The notes: generated from the letters alone by a model not told the origin. A stretch of 64,000 nt of DNA from Candidatus Hydrogenedentota bacterium (GCA_013359265.1 JABWCD010000001.1:41000-104999); one strand, 5' to 3'. Counted from the stretch's first letter, positions 19,803 through 30,482 are shown. Translations and numbers: made by a program.

Positions 19803-21104
19803 ATGCGTCGAAATATTGTACACATGGGGGCGGGCAGCCTCAGTTACGAAATCCGCGAGATTGTGCTCGTGGCGCGGCAGATTCGCGAGATGGGCCAGAC
19901 AATCACGTGGGAGAACATCGGCGATCCCGTGCAGAAGGGCGAGATCGTTCCCGACTGGATTCGGGATATCGTGCGGGAGTTGGTTGACGATCCGAAGTCG
20001 TGGGCATACTGCGACACGGCGGGCGTGCCGGAAACACGCGAGTTCCTGGCGGGGAACGTGAACAAGCGGCCGGGCGGGCTGAAGATTACTACAGACGATA
20101 TCCTCTTCTTCAACGGTCTGGGCGACGCCGTCGCGAAGGTGTACGGGTTCCTGCGGCGCGAGGCGCGCATTTTAGGCCCGTCGCCCGCGTACAGCACACA
20201 CTCGTCCGCGGAGGCGGCGCATTCGGGGTACAACCACGTTACGTACAATCTCGACCCGTTCAACGGGTGGCAACCCGACGTGGACGATATCCGCAACAAG
20301 GTGAAGTACAACGATTCGATTGCGGGCATTTTGCTGCTGACGCCGGACAATCCGACCGGGGCGGTGTATCCGCGGGACGTATTGGAGGAGATTGCGGAGA
20401 TCGCGCGGCAGAACAAGATTTTTTTGATCACGGACGAAATCTACGCGCACATCGTTTATAACGGCAACGAGCGGTGCCATTTGAGCGAATGGATCGGCGA
20501 CGTGCCGGGGTTGGCCATGCGCGGCATCAGCAAGGAGTACCCGTGGCCGGGATCGCGGTGCGGCTGGCTCGAGGTATTGAACCGCGACAAGGACGAGAAC
20601 TTCGCCACGTATGTGAATAGCCTGCTCGCGGCCAAACGCCTGGAGGTTTCCTCGACGACCCTGCCGCAGATGTCTATCCCTAAAGTGATGGGTGACCCGC
20701 GGTACAAGGCACACCTGGACCGGCGCGAGGACATGTTCGACAGGCGCGCGGAACAGGCAGTGCGCGCGTTCGACGGATGCGACGAAGTGATCGTGAACAA
20801 GCCGGGCGGCGCGTTCTACTTTACGGTGATGTTCAAGCCCGGCGTGCTCAACGACACACAGACGCTCAAAATCGAGAACAAGCAAATCCGCGAGAAGATC
20901 GAACTCTTGGTCAAGAACGTGGCGCCGGACAAACGGTTTGTCTACTACCTCATGGGCGCAACGGGAATCGTTGTGGTGCCGCTGACGGGGTTCCAATGCG
21001 CGCACGACGGTTTCCGGATGACGCTGCTCGAAACCGACGACACGAAACGCGCCTGGATTTTCAAGACGCTGCGCGCGGCGATTGAGGAATACGTGAGTTC
21101 ATAA
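19803..21104 (+). CDS. PLP-dependent aminotransferase class I/II (AlaA-like)
   Basis: WENIGDP, PDNPTG, DEIY, GISKEYPWPGSRCGW. Confidence 0.92.
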   Translation: MRRNIVHMGAGSLSYEIREIVLVARQIREMGQTITWENIGDPVQKGEIVPDWIRDIVRELVDDPKSWAYCDTAGVPETREFLAGNVNKRPGGLKITTDDILFFNGLGDAVAKVYGFLRREARILGPSPAYSTHSSAEAAHSGYNHVTYNLDPFNGWQPDVDDIRNKVKYNDSIAGILLLTPDNPTGAVYPRDVLEEIAEIARQNKIFLITDEIYAHIVYNGNERCHLSEWIGDVPGLAMRGISKEYPWPGSRCGWLEVLNRDKDENFATYVNSLLAAKRLEVSSTTLPQMSIPKVMGDPRYKAHLDRREDMFDRRAEQAVRAFDGCDEVIVNKPGGAFYFTVMFKPGVLNDTQTLKIENKQIREKIELLVKNVAPDKRFVYYLMGATGIVVVPLTGFQCAHDGFRMTLLETDDTKRAWIFKTLRAAIEEYVSS

Positions 21105-21131
21105 GATATAGGATCCAAGAGTTGTCTGATA

Positions 21132-21153
21132 GGGGCGGCAATGCCGCCCTTTG
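21132..21153 (+). terminator. Probable intrinsic terminator after the aminotransferase
   Basis: gggcggca-a-tgccgccc stem followed by T-rich tail. Confidence 0.5.
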
Positions 21154-21414
21154 CTCTTTATGCGGAAGAAATCGAGGGGGAACAATTGGTTCGTGGCGCT
21201 GCAGATGCCGGCGAAATCGCGAGAATCTGCACGATTACGAGTGCGGGCGCGAAGGCAAGTACGGGTGAAGTCATGCGGATTCTGCGCGTTGGGAAAGTGC
21301 GCATGCGCTGTTGTATTCTTGGATAGGTGCGAATACGGATAAACCCCGGCAGCCGTGCGGAGGTCAGGCACGGACCAATTGGCGCTCGAATGGAGCGCTA
21401 CGGAGGCTGCGGAG

Positions 21415-22026
21415 TTGGACACGGTCTATTTGCTGATGGGGGCGGTAGGATCGACCGTACTCATTCTTCAGTTCGCATTCACCCTCTTCGGCTTCGGCCA
21501 CCACGAACTCGACTCCAGCGGCCTTGACGCGGGCGGCGTGGACGTCGACCACGGCGTCGATGATGGACACGGCCACGGCGCGGACCACGGCGACGGTTCC
21601 GTCGTGTTCAAGATGCTGAGCTTTCGCGCGCTGGTCGCGGCGGTCACGTTTTTCGGGTGGAGCGGGCGTGCTGCGACGGAAAGCGGACTCAGTACGATGC
21701 GCGCGTTCAGCGTCGCCTTCGGCGCGGGCCTGCTCGCGATGTACGTTGTGGCGTGGCTGTTGCATCTCCTCACGAAACTGAATGCCGAAGGCAACGTCCA
21801 GATTGCGCAGGCCGTCGGAGCGAATGGCACGGTCTATCTCTCCATTCCCGGCAATCGCGAAGGCATCGGGAAGGTTCATGTCAACGTTCAGCAACGCACG
21901 ATGGAGTACAGCGCCGTCACGGCGGACGAAAAGCTCCCCACAGGAATGCCGATCGTCGTCGTGGGCGTGGTGGATAACGAAACGTTGGAAGTGCGGCCCG
22001 CGCCGCGCATGGAGGTCGTCGAGTAA
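21415..22026 (+). CDS. NfeD-like (YuaF-type) membrane protein, flotillin partner
   Basis: Probable TTG start after GGAGG; three hydrophobic segments; C-terminal OB-fold GTVYLSIP...GKVHV...IVVVGV; 1-bp overlap with flotillin. Confidence 0.85.
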   Translation: MDTVYLLMGAVGSTVLILQFAFTLFGFGHHELDSSGLDAGGVDVDHGVDDGHGHGADHGDGSVVFKMLSFRALVAAVTFFGWSGRAATESGLSTMRAFSVAFGAGLLAMYVVAWLLHLLTKLNAEGNVQIAQAVGANGTVYLSIPGNREGIGKVHVNVQQRTMEYSAVTADEKLPTGMPIVVVGVVDNETLEVRPAPRMEVVE

Positions 22027-23678
22027 TGGGACCCATCTCGTTCTTTGCGATTGTCGGATCGGTACTGGTCGTGCTCAGTTCGTTCGTGCTGCTGATGGCG
22101 AAGCGGTACAAGCGGTGCCCGAGCAACCGCGTACTGGTGATTTACGGTAAGGTCGGCAGCGGCGAAACGGCGAAGTGCATCCACGGCGGCGCGGCGTTTG
22201 TGTGGCCGCTGATCAACGACTACGCGTTTCTAAGTCTCGAACCCATCCAAATCGAAATTCCGCTGAAGGACGCGCTGTCGGCGGAGAACATTCGCGTCAA
22301 CGTGCCAAGCGTGTTTACAGTCGCGATTGGCACGCAGAAAGAGTTTATGCAGAACGCGGCCATCCGCTTGCTCGGTCTGAACATTATGCAGATCAAGAAA
22401 CAGGCGGAAGACATCATCTTCGGTCAGATGCGGCAGGTAATCGCGTCGATGGGTATCGAGGAGATCAACAAGGACCGCGAAAAGTTTCTCCATAGCATTC
22501 AGACGTCGCTCGAACCCGAACTGCGCAAGATCGGTCTCGTGTTGATCAACGTGAACATCACGGACATTACCGACGAGTCGGGTTATATCGAGGCCATCGG
22601 GCAGAAGGCAGCGTCGCAGGCGGTGCAGCAGGCCCGCGGCGACGTGGCGGACCAGGTAAAGCTGGGCGAGGTGCGCGTGGCGCAGGCGGACCGGGACAAG
22701 CAGATTCAGGTCGCGGACGCGGGTAAGTTACGCAACATCGGTATTCGCGAGGCGCAGCGCGAACAGGCGGTTCGCGTGGCGGAGTTGGACAAAGAGCAGC
22801 AGACCGGCGAGCAGACGGCGGCGTTCCAGCGCGAGTCGCTGGTCAAGGAAGCGGAGCGCCAGAAGCGTATCGCCGTGGCGGAGGCTGAAGCGCACGCGGT
22901 GAAGGGCGAAAAGGACGCCGAGCGCGCGAAGCGCATCGCGGTCGCGGAGGCGAATGCCGTCGCCATCACTGGCGAGAATACGGCACAGGAAAAGGTCGCG
23001 CTGTCGAACGCCGAACTGCAGGTAAAGCAGGCGGAAGCGTATCAGATTGCCGAGACGCGCCGGCGTCAGGCCGAGGCGGCCGTGCTCGAGGCGCAAAACG
23101 TCGCGATGGCGAAGGCGGCGCTGGCGGAGGCCGAGCGCGTCGAGGCGGAACGCCGCGCGCAGCTCGAAGCGCCCGCCAAGGCACAAAAGGCGCAGACCAT
23201 CGTCGAGGCGGAGGCCTTGGCAGAGCGCATCCGTATTCAGGCGCAAGGCGAGGCGGCGGCAATCTACGCGAAGCTGGAGGCCGAGGCCAAAGGCCAATAC
23301 GAAATTCTCGCGAAGAAAGGCGAAGGCTTGCAGCGCATCGTCGAAGCGTGCGGCGGACCGAACCAGGCGTTCCAGATGCTGATGCTCGAACACCTAGACA
23401 ATCTCGCCGATTCCGCGGCGAAAGCGATCTCCAACATCAAGTTCGACAAAGTGATTGTTTGGGAAGGCGGCGGAAACGGTTCGGGGTCGAATACGGCGAA
23501 CTTCATTCAGGGCATGGCGCGGACGCTACCGCCGATGCTGCAAGTCATGCGCGACATCGGCGGAGTCGAATTGCCGGAGTCACTGATCAAATTGAGCGGC
23601 GAGAGTACCGACAGAAAGAAAGCCGAAGCTGCACCGGCCGCGGAAGAGAAGAAAACGCCCGCGCCTCCGAAGGCATAA
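22026..23678 (+). CDS. Flotillin family SPFH domain protein
   Basis: N-terminal TM, GGAAFVWP, INVNITDITD, long Ala/Glu coiled coil, DKVIVW. Confidence 0.93.
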   Translation: MGPISFFAIVGSVLVVLSSFVLLMAKRYKRCPSNRVLVIYGKVGSGETAKCIHGGAAFVWPLINDYAFLSLEPIQIEIPLKDALSAENIRVNVPSVFTVAIGTQKEFMQNAAIRLLGLNIMQIKKQAEDIIFGQMRQVIASMGIEEINKDREKFLHSIQTSLEPELRKIGLVLINVNITDITDESGYIEAIGQKAASQAVQQARGDVADQVKLGEVRVAQADRDKQIQVADAGKLRNIGIREAQREQAVRVAELDKEQQTGEQTAAFQRESLVKEAERQKRIAVAEAEAHAVKGEKDAERAKRIAVAEANAVAITGENTAQEKVALSNAELQVKQAEAYQIAETRRRQAEAAVLEAQNVAMAKAALAEAERVEAERRAQLEAPAKAQKAQTIVEAEALAERIRIQAQGEAAAIYAKLEAEAKGQYEILAKKGEGLQRIVEACGGPNQAFQMLMLEHLDNLADSAAKAISNIKFDKVIVWEGGGNGSGSNTANFIQGMARTLPPMLQVMRDIGGVELPESLIKLSGESTDRKKAEAAPAAEEKKTPAPPKA

Positions 23679-23728
23679 TCGAAGCCACCTGCGACACGCC
23701 CGACTTGAGATTGCCGACGGGGCATTTC

Positions 23729-23801
23729 GGGTGGGGCGAGGCTCCGTCCGAGCCGATCAGACTGAGTGCATAGGCGGCTCGGACAGAGCCTCGCCCCACC
23801 C
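23729..23801. repeat. 27-bp inverted repeat, REP doublet / bidirectional terminator (family B)
   Basis: gggtggggcgaggctccgtccgagccg ... cggctcggacagagcctcgccccaccc between convergent genes. Confidence 0.85.
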
Positions 23802-23815
23802 GTTCGTACCGCGTT

Positions 23816-24313
23816 TCAGTTGTTTCGCCCGTTCTGATCGTCGATGCCCAGCGGCGCTTGCCCGCGGATGCGGCGGAAGAAGTTGGTGAGCAGCGCGCCG
23901 CATTCGTCGGCGCAGAGGCCGGGCGCGACTATAGGCTGGTGGTTGAAGCGACGGTCTGCGAGCAAGTTCATGAGCGTGCCGCACGCGCCGGCCTTCGGGT
24001 CGTACGCGCCGAAATATACTTCCGCGACGCGCGCGAGGATAATCGCGCCGGCGCACATCGGGCAGGGCTCGAGCGTGACGAAGAGTTTGGTGTCTTCGAG
24101 CCGCCAACTGCCGAGGTGGTTCGCGGCCTGGGTTATCGCGAGGACCTCGGCGTGCGCGGTGGGGTCCTGCAACCGCTCGCGTTGGTTGTGCGCCTTGCCG
24201 ATGATCTCGCCGTTGTGAATGATCACGCAGCCGATGGGCACCTCGCCCTCTTCCTCCGCGCGCATCGCCTCGCGAATGGCGTATTGCATGTACCGTGAGT
24301 TGTCGTCCAGCAT
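23816..24313 (-). CDS. tadA: tRNA adenosine(34) deaminase
   Basis: EVPIG, DPTAHAE, TLEPCPMC, DPKAGA, FFRR; ATG 24313. Confidence 0.95.
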   Translation of the reverse strand: MLDDNSRYMQYAIREAMRAEEEGEVPIGCVIIHNGEIIGKAHNQRERLQDPTAHAEVLAITQAANHLGSWRLEDTKLFVTLEPCPMCAGAIILARVAEVYFGAYDPKAGACGTLMNLLADRRFNHQPIVAPGLCADECGALLTNFFRRIRGQAPLGIDDQNGRNN

Positions 24314-24429
24314 GCGGGGGATTGTGCGAAGCGCGCCCGGCCAAGTCAAACTGGATTGTGCGGAAGAGCGATGATTGCGATGCGCCGGTGTAGTCGGCCA
24401 TGCTCTTCGGAGCTTAGGGAGTTCCCACC

Positions 24430-25167
24430 ATGAACAATGTTCCTCGCATGACGCGTACACGAGTCGCATTGCGTGTAGTCCTCCTTACAGGATGCGCATT
24501 CGCGTTGGGATGTGTGTCCCGCCCATATCTTGTCGGCCTGTTTGACCGCGAACCCGTTCCGGCGGGGACGCCCACATCGCGGCCCGAGGGCACGGGTTGG
24601 ATCGATCTGCTGGACGAGGAGCATGCGGCGCTGTGGAAAAACGTGGGCGACGACATGGACATTTTTAAGGTGCAGGATGGTGTGCTGCACATTTTCGGGC
24701 GGACGGTGTATCCGTTGCGGTATGTGACGTATACGGGCGAGACGTTTGGCGATTTCGACCTGCATCTCGAGTATAAGGTTGCGCGGCGGGCAAACAGTGG
24801 CGTGTTCCTGCGTACGCAGCCGAACGATCCCGTGAACCGCGGGTTCGAGGTGCAAGTGTTGGACGACTTCGGAAAGCGCCCGACGAAGAACAGTTGCGGC
24901 GCGATTTACGATGTGGTCACGCCCATGTTCAACATGTCGCGACCCGCGGGCGAGTGGAATTCGTTTGATATTTCGGTGAAGGGGAAGAAGGTTGTCGTCG
25001 TAATGAACGGCTGGACGATCATCGATACGGACTTGAGCAAGATGACGACGCCGCTGGGGAAGTTTCCGATAGCCTACAACGATCTGCCGTTGGTGGGAAA
25101 CGTCGCGCTACAGGACCACGGCGGCGAGGTGTGGTATCGGAATGTGATGGTACGGCCGGCGGTGTGA
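24430..25167 (+). CDS. DUF1080 (3-keto-disaccharide hydrolase family) lipoprotein
   Basis: Lipobox ALGC; DFDLHLEYK, ANSGVFLR, EVQVLD, GEWN, LQDHG..VWYRN. Confidence 0.9.
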   Translation: MNNVPRMTRTRVALRVVLLTGCAFALGCVSRPYLVGLFDREPVPAGTPTSRPEGTGWIDLLDEEHAALWKNVGDDMDIFKVQDGVLHIFGRTVYPLRYVTYTGETFGDFDLHLEYKVARRANSGVFLRTQPNDPVNRGFEVQVLDDFGKRPTKNSCGAIYDVVTPMFNMSRPAGEWNSFDISVKGKKVVVVMNGWTIIDTDLSKMTTPLGKFPIAYNDLPLVGNVALQDHGGEVWYRNVMVRPAV

Positions 25168-25223
25168 TGGTTCGAATTGTTGGGTGCGTGTGCACGACTA
25201 AATTGGGTCAATTGGGTCCGATC

Positions 25224-25274
25224 CAAAGCGGAGCTTTTCAAGAGCGCGTTCCCGAGTCGGAGCTTGTGAACGAG
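25224..25274. repeat. REP-like palindromic element (family A)
   Basis: caaagcggagcttttcaagagcgcgttcccgagtcggagcttgtgaacgag between convergent genes. Confidence 0.8.
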
Positions 25275-25279
25275 GATGG

Positions 25280-25807
25280 TTAAGGCCCACGCTCAGCCGC
25301 CGGAGTGATGGCTCCGGAACGCCGGAATTCCACATGACCATCGGCGAAGAGACAATTCATGCCACGAGGGATATGTGCATCCTCGTGTTTCTCTTGAATA
25401 ACAATGACGTCTTTGTTTCCCTCGTCAGCGCCAGTTATCACGATCTCGTACGACGTCCACGAATCGATAGAGTTTAGATCGCCGACGACGTCGGTAGACG
25501 ACGGGCATACAAAGACCGACGGATTCGAGAGGTATTTGGGGTAGAGTTCGCTAAGGTTTTGCGGCAGTTGGTTGTTATGGTCGCCCGCGAACATCTTGCA
25601 CGAGATTCCGATTTGTTTGAGGTTGTTTTGGCACGATGCGCGGCGGGCGGCTTCACGGGCGCGGGCGAGGGCTGGCAGCAAGATTGCCGCGAGGATTGGG
25701 ATGAGCAGCGGCACTACGATGGCCACCGCGATGAGCAAACCCGGCGTTGAACTGGAACTCTTCACGCGCGGCGGCTGGAAATGAGGGATTGGCGGCGGCT
25801 CGGACAT
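25280..25807 (-). CDS. DUF1559 / H-X9-DG pilin-like protein lacking the prepilin cleavage site
   Basis: [46 protein letters not shown]. Confidence 0.85.
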   Translation of the reverse strand: MSEPPPIPHFQPPRVKSSSSTPGLLIAVAIVVPLLIPILAAILLPALARAREAARRASCQNNLKQIGISCKMFAGDHNNQLPQNLSELYPKYLSNPSVFVCPSSTDVVGDLNSIDSWTSYEIVITGADEGNKDVIVIQEKHEDAHIPRGMNCLFADGHVEFRRSGAITPAAERGP

Positions 25808-26022
25808 GGCACTTCACCTCGCTCGTTGTGGCAGCAGTGTAACCCACTCGAAAGGCACTGCGGGAAAGCATATCACGCCCACTGTAGCGCTTCAATGGTC
25901 ATCCTACGTTGTCGTTAATGCACTGAGGCGTGCCGCCGCGTCAGTCAGCCAAGTCGGTTCGCCTCGGAGAACTGCCCGCCACCGCACTCCGCAAAGGCGA
26001 ACTTTCATATCGGGTTCTGCAA

Positions 26023-26937
26023 TTAGTTTGTGTCGCGCGTCAGCCAGAATTTGAGGGTCCTCGAAACCAAGTCCGGGGCGTCGTGGTGGACCCAGTGGTC
26101 GGCGTTAGGGACGGTGACGAGGGTGAGGTCGCTGCCGAGCCATTCCCAAGTGTCGTTGAGGGCCTTGTAGCCGAGGGCCTTGTCTTTGAGGCCGTGGAAC
26201 ATGAGGACAGGGACGTTGATTCTAACGACCGGGGACTCGTCCTGCGTGTAGGGTTCGTGCGGGTAGTTGACGCGGTAGTACGCGAGCATGGCGGAAAAGT
26301 CGGATTTCTTGAACGCATCGATGTAGCGCGCGGCGATTTCGGGGTCGCCTTTGGCGACGAAGCCGGCAAGGCTTTCGGCATCGATGGTTTGTTCGGCGCC
26401 GGGCTGCTGGAAGCCGCGGGCATAGGCGCTGTTTTTCTGTTGTTCGGGGTTGGTGGCGAGTTCGCGGGTGAAGCCGCGGGGGTGGGGCAGATTGCAGATG
26501 ACGAGGCGCTCGACCATATTCGGCATGTGCATGGCGAACTGCCACGCGATGGCGCCGCCCCAGTCGTGCCCGACAACGATCGCTTTTTCCACACCTTGCG
26601 CTTTAATCACCGCCGCGACGTCGCCGAGCAGGTGCGGAACGGCGTAGTTCTCGTCGCCCGATGGATTGTCGCTCAAGTTGTATCCGCGGAGGTCCATCGC
26701 GACGCATTTGAACTGGCCCGAGAGCGCGGCCATCTGGTGTCGCCACGAATACCAGAAGTCGGGGAAGCCGTGGACCATGACGACAACAGGGCCTTCGCCG
26801 AGCGCGGCGTAGTGAATCTTCACCCCGTTGTTGTCGGCGTAGCCGTGCTGTACCTGATCGAAGATGTCCGCGGGCGGTTCCGCGGACGCGATCGCGATCG
26901 CCGCGAAGCAACAAACAAGGGCCGTAAGTACGCGCAT
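26023..26937 (-). CDS. Secreted alpha/beta hydrolase, epoxide-hydrolase-like
   Basis: GGAGG RBS; signal peptide; HGFPD, GHDWGG (Asp nucleophile), HWVHHD. Confidence 0.9.
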   Translation of the reverse strand: MRVLTALVCCFAAIAIASAEPPADIFDQVQHGYADNNGVKIHYAALGEGPVVVMVHGFPDFWYSWRHQMAALSGQFKCVAMDLRGYNLSDNPSGDENYAVPHLLGDVAAVIKAQGVEKAIVVGHDWGGAIAWQFAMHMPNMVERLVICNLPHPRGFTRELATNPEQQKNSAYARGFQQPGAEQTIDAESLAGFVAKGDPEIAARYIDAFKKSDFSAMLAYYRVNYPHEPYTQDESPVVRINVPVLMFHGLKDKALGYKALNDTWEWLGSDLTLVTVPNADHWVHHDAPDLVSRTLKFWLTRDTN

Positions 26938-27161
26938 TGGAAAAACCTCCATAGAGCTGATGCAGTCCAATCGAGCGGGCATGATATCCGTTTCGTCCCG
27001 CCCCGCAAAAGGGCCAATCCTTGAACGATTCCGGCGAAGGCGGCTAGAATGCGGCGCAAACGGAACTGTGCGGCAGCCGTTTCGGGGCCGGCGCATCTGC
27101 AAGGCGCGCGCGGGAATTTGGTGCGTGTGGCGCCGCAGTTACGGGAACCCTAGGAGAGCGG

Positions 27162-27992
27162 ATGTCGGACCTTCGTGAGAGCGGGCTGAGCACGTACCTC
27201 GCCGAAATCTCGCGCATACCGCTGTTATCGTCCGCGGAAGAAATCCGCCTCGCCCAACTCGCGCAGAAGCACGACGGCGAAGCGCGCCGCAAGCTTATCG
27301 TATCGAACCTGCGGCTTGTCGTGAGCATCGCGAAAAAGTATTTGTACTTCGGCTTGCCGTTGCAGGACTTGATCGAGGAGGGCAACATCGGCCTGATGAA
27401 GGCGGTCGATCGGTACGACCCGACGCGCGGATGCAAGTTCTCGACGTATGCGACGTGGTGGATTCGGCAGGCAATCACGCGCGCGCTCTCAAACTACGGG
27501 CGCACGGTGCGCATTCCGGTGTACGTGACCGACAACGTGTCGCGCTACAAGAAGACAGCCGAAGAACTGTACATCAAATCCGGCAAACGCCCCGAACCGG
27601 AAGAAGTGGCCGAGGCGATGGGAATCAAGAAGGCCGAGGCGCTCAAGCTGCAGGCGTTCGTCGAAGACGTCTCCCCGCTGGACAACATGGAATCGACGAG
27701 TGACGACGAAGGGCGTGGGATACCGGAGAGCATCGAACCGCGGCGAATCGACGAGGCGATCGCGCAGATCGAACTCGATCAGCAACTCGACGAGATCATG
27801 AAGCAGCTCTCGCCGCGCGAGCAGAATATCGTGAAGTACCGCTATGGTCTTGTGGATGGGCACGCGCACACGTTGGAGCAGACGGGGCGCTATTTCAATC
27901 TCACGCGCGAGCGCATCCGGCAGATTGAGAACGATGTAATGAAGCGGCTGCGGAAGTTTGTCGCGGAACGGCAGGACGATTTTAGTCCGTAG
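27162..27992 (+). CDS. RNA polymerase sigma-70 factor, RpoD/RpoS family without region 1.1
   Basis: [48 protein letters not shown]. Confidence 0.93.
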   Translation: MSDLRESGLSTYLAEISRIPLLSSAEEIRLAQLAQKHDGEARRKLIVSNLRLVVSIAKKYLYFGLPLQDLIEEGNIGLMKAVDRYDPTRGCKFSTYATWWIRQAITRALSNYGRTVRIPVYVTDNVSRYKKTAEELYIKSGKRPEPEEVAEAMGIKKAEALKLQAFVEDVSPLDNMESTSDDEGRGIPESIEPRRIDEAIAQIELDQQLDEIMKQLSPREQNIVKYRYGLVDGHAHTLEQTGRYFNLTRERIRQIENDVMKRLRKFVAERQDDFSP

Positions 27993-28014
27993 ATGATTTC
28001 GCGCGGGACCGACA

Positions 28015-28044
28015 TCCCCCTAAATCCCCCTTCAAAGGGGGACT
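28015..28044. repeat. Short hairpin element tccccctaaatcccccttcaaagggggact
   Basis: Stem TCCCCCTT/AAGGGGGA downstream of the sigma factor. Confidence 0.55.
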
Positions 28045-28118
28045 GAATACGAATGAGAAGAAATTGGCTCAATACAGAAGTTCCTTCGGATCTACTTGAG
28101 AAAGGGAAGTCGTTCGAA

Positions 28119-28640
28119 ATGGATCTTGCTTCGCTGATTCGGAATGTGCCGGACTTTCCGGTGCCGGGCATTCAGTTCAAAGACATCACAACGCTGCTGC
28201 TGCATCCCGCGGCGTTCCGGTTCATTATCGACGGGTGGAAGGCGCGATACGCGAACAAGAACCTCTCGGCGATCGTCGGCGCGGATGCGCGGGGGTTTGT
28301 GTTCGGCGGCGCGCTGGCGTACGCGATGGGGCTCCCGCTTGTGCTTGCGCGCAAGAAGGGCAAGCTGCCCGCGGACACCATCGAGGAAGAATACGCACTG
28401 GAATACGGCACGGCGACACTCGAGATTCATCGCGATGCGCTGAAGAAGGGCGACCGAGCGGTGTTGGTGGACGATTTGTTGGCGACCGGCGGCACCATGC
28501 GCGCCATCGCAAACATGGTCGAAGACCTCGGCGCGGAGATTGTCGAGATAGCGTTTGTGGTGGAGCTGCCGCCGCTCAAGGGGCGCCTGAAGCTGGAACC
28601 GCATCCGGTGCATTCGCTGGTGGAATTCATGGTGGACTAG
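28119..28640 (+). CDS. apt: Adenine phosphoribosyltransferase
   Basis: PDFPVPGIQFKDIT, RKKGKLP, YALEYG, VDDLLATGGT. Confidence 0.97.
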   Translation: MDLASLIRNVPDFPVPGIQFKDITTLLLHPAAFRFIIDGWKARYANKNLSAIVGADARGFVFGGALAYAMGLPLVLARKKGKLPADTIEEEYALEYGTATLEIHRDALKKGDRAVLVDDLLATGGTMRAIANMVEDLGAEIVEIAFVVELPPLKGRLKLEPHPVHSLVEFMVD

Positions 28641-28652
28641 AAAGAGGAATCA

Positions 28653-29480
28653 ATGCAGTCGTTGGTAAGTAAGGACATTCAGATTATTCGCGATACGGAG
28701 CGCGGCCGGTTCAAGTACGCGCTGTTCGATTTTGACGGCACTGTCAGCCTGTTGCGTGAGGGATGGCAACAGGTCATGGGGCCGCTCATGGTGGAGATGA
28801 TTTGCGGAGACGCGACGCCCACTCCGGAAATCGAGAAAGCATGCGCGGACTATATCGACGAATCGACGGGGATCAATACCATCCTCCAGATGGAACACCT
28901 CGTGAAAATGGTGCGCGAGTACGGTCTGGTGCCGGAGGACAAGATTCTCGACGCGCACGGGTACAAGGCCATCTACAACGAGCGATTGATGGTGCGCGTG
29001 CGCGAACGCATCGAGCAGTTGCGCGCGGGCACGCTGCCGCTCGAACAGGTCACGGTGCGCGGATCGATCGAATTCGTGAAGGCGCTCGCATCGCGCGGGT
29101 TGCAGATGTACATCTTTAGCGGCACCGATCGCGACGACGTGCGCAATGAGTCGTCGCTTGTCGGGGTGGCGCCGTACTTCGCGGAAATCTGGGGCGCACT
29201 GCGCACCTACGCCGAAAGCAACAAGGAGATGATCATCAAACAGATCATCGCCAACCACGATCTACACGGAACGGAGGTACTCGTCGTCGGCGACGGGCCG
29301 GTCGAAATCCGCCTCGCGCACGAGCACGGCTGCGTTTCGGTGGGTGTGTGTTCGGACGAATTGCGTGGCCACGGCTGGAGCGAGGAGAAGCGCGAGCGAC
29401 TAACGAAGGCCGGGGCGGATATTCTCATACCCGACTTCGGCGAGAATGAGGCGTTGTTGGAGTATTTGTTCCCGGGGTAA
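28653..29480 (+). CDS. HAD superfamily hydrolase
   Basis: FDFDGT motif I, FSGT, VGDGPVE. Confidence 0.88.
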   Translation: MQSLVSKDIQIIRDTERGRFKYALFDFDGTVSLLREGWQQVMGPLMVEMICGDATPTPEIEKACADYIDESTGINTILQMEHLVKMVREYGLVPEDKILDAHGYKAIYNERLMVRVRERIEQLRAGTLPLEQVTVRGSIEFVKALASRGLQMYIFSGTDRDDVRNESSLVGVAPYFAEIWGALRTYAESNKEMIIKQIIANHDLHGTEVLVVGDGPVEIRLAHEHGCVSVGVCSDELRGHGWSEEKRERLTKAGADILIPDFGENEALLEYLFPG

Positions 29481-29487
29481 ATCGTCG

Positions 29488-29973
29488 ATGCCAGCAAGAA
29501 CTACAGGCGTTTACGGACGGCGTGATTTAATCTCGGCGGGAATTCTGGGTGCGGTCCTCGTCTTACCGCCGTTAGCATGTATACAGATAGCCAGGTGGCG
29601 CCCGCGACAGTTCTATAAGCGATATCACCTACTTGAAATCGGCATGACCGAGGCGAGGATCGCCGAAATCTTTGATAGGGCGCCGGATCAAGTGTGCGGA
29701 CTGGGCAGCAACCGCATCGTATATTACCGCAGAGGCGCCATTGGTGATACGCGCCCGAGCCCAGGCTTCTTGACCATTTCCAACATGACGGAAATTCCGT
29801 CGCATTTCGGGTGCGCGCAACTCTTGTTCGACACTCACGGGCGCCTGAGCGCATATACTGTCGTTCGAGAAGAGGTCTCGGTGACCACGCGAGAAGGCAA
29901 GTTTAGGGGAGATAACATCAGGCAACTTGATGTGACACTATTTGAAAGGCTTCGCTTGCCCGTGAAGGAATGA
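29488..29973 (+). CDS. Hypothetical membrane-anchored protein
   Basis: Fills the operon gap; N-terminal hydrophobic segment; LEIGMTEARIAEIF resembles SmpA/OmlA-like starts. Confidence 0.5.
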   Translation: MPARTTGVYGRRDLISAGILGAVLVLPPLACIQIARWRPRQFYKRYHLLEIGMTEARIAEIFDRAPDQVCGLGSNRIVYYRRGAIGDTRPSPGFLTISNMTEIPSHFGCAQLLFDTHGRLSAYTVVREEVSVTTREGKFRGDNIRQLDVTLFERLRLPVKE

Positions 29974-29989
29974 CTTGCACTTGAAGAAA

Positions 29990-30409
29990 ATGAAAGCCAC
30001 GCGCATCCTCGAAACCTGCCTTTACGTCAACGATCTCGACGCGGCCGAGCGGTTTTACCGCGACGTGATGGGGTTGGACTTCTACGCGAAGCAGGAAGGG
30101 CGGCACGTCTTCTTCCGATGCGGGACAACGATGTTTTTGTTGTTCGATCCGGAGGGGACGAGCGACCCGACGCAGCCGCTTGGTGGGCATGGGTGCCGGG
30201 GGCCGGGGCATGCCGCGTTTGAGATTGGCGACGACGAAGTGAACGCGTGGCGGGATTACCTGACGTCGTGCGGTGTGCCCATCGATTCGGAGATAGACTG
30301 GCCGAGCGGCGGCCATTCGCTGTATTTCCGCGATCCGGCAGGGAACATTCTGGAGGTCGCTACGCGATCGACGTGGGACTGGCCGGAGAAAGAGCGCTGT
30401 AGCGAATAG
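29990..30409 (+). CDS. VOC / glyoxalase family protein
   Basis: ETCLYV.DL..AERFY, HAAF, SLYFRDPAGNILE. Confidence 0.9.
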   Translation: MKATRILETCLYVNDLDAAERFYRDVMGLDFYAKQEGRHVFFRCGTTMFLLFDPEGTSDPTQPLGGHGCRGPGHAAFEIGDDEVNAWRDYLTSCGVPIDSEIDWPSGGHSLYFRDPAGNILEVATRSTWDWPEKERCSE

Positions 30410-30437
30410 CAAAATGGGGAAAAAGCAACACGTTTGT

Positions 30438-30466
30438 GGCGGCTTGGTCGGAGCCTCGCCCCACCC
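30438..30466. repeat. Single family-B REP-like copy
   Basis: ggcggcttggtcggagcctcgccccaccc matches the right arm of 23729-23801. Confidence 0.7.
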
Positions 30467-30482
30467 AGTGTAGCGGCTCTAT

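Noticed and set aside
26023..26937. Alpha/beta hydrolase as the missing CurM-type TE acting in trans
   Set aside because: Asp nucleophile (GHDWG), signal peptide and separation from the cluster indicate a secreted epoxide-hydrolase-like enzyme
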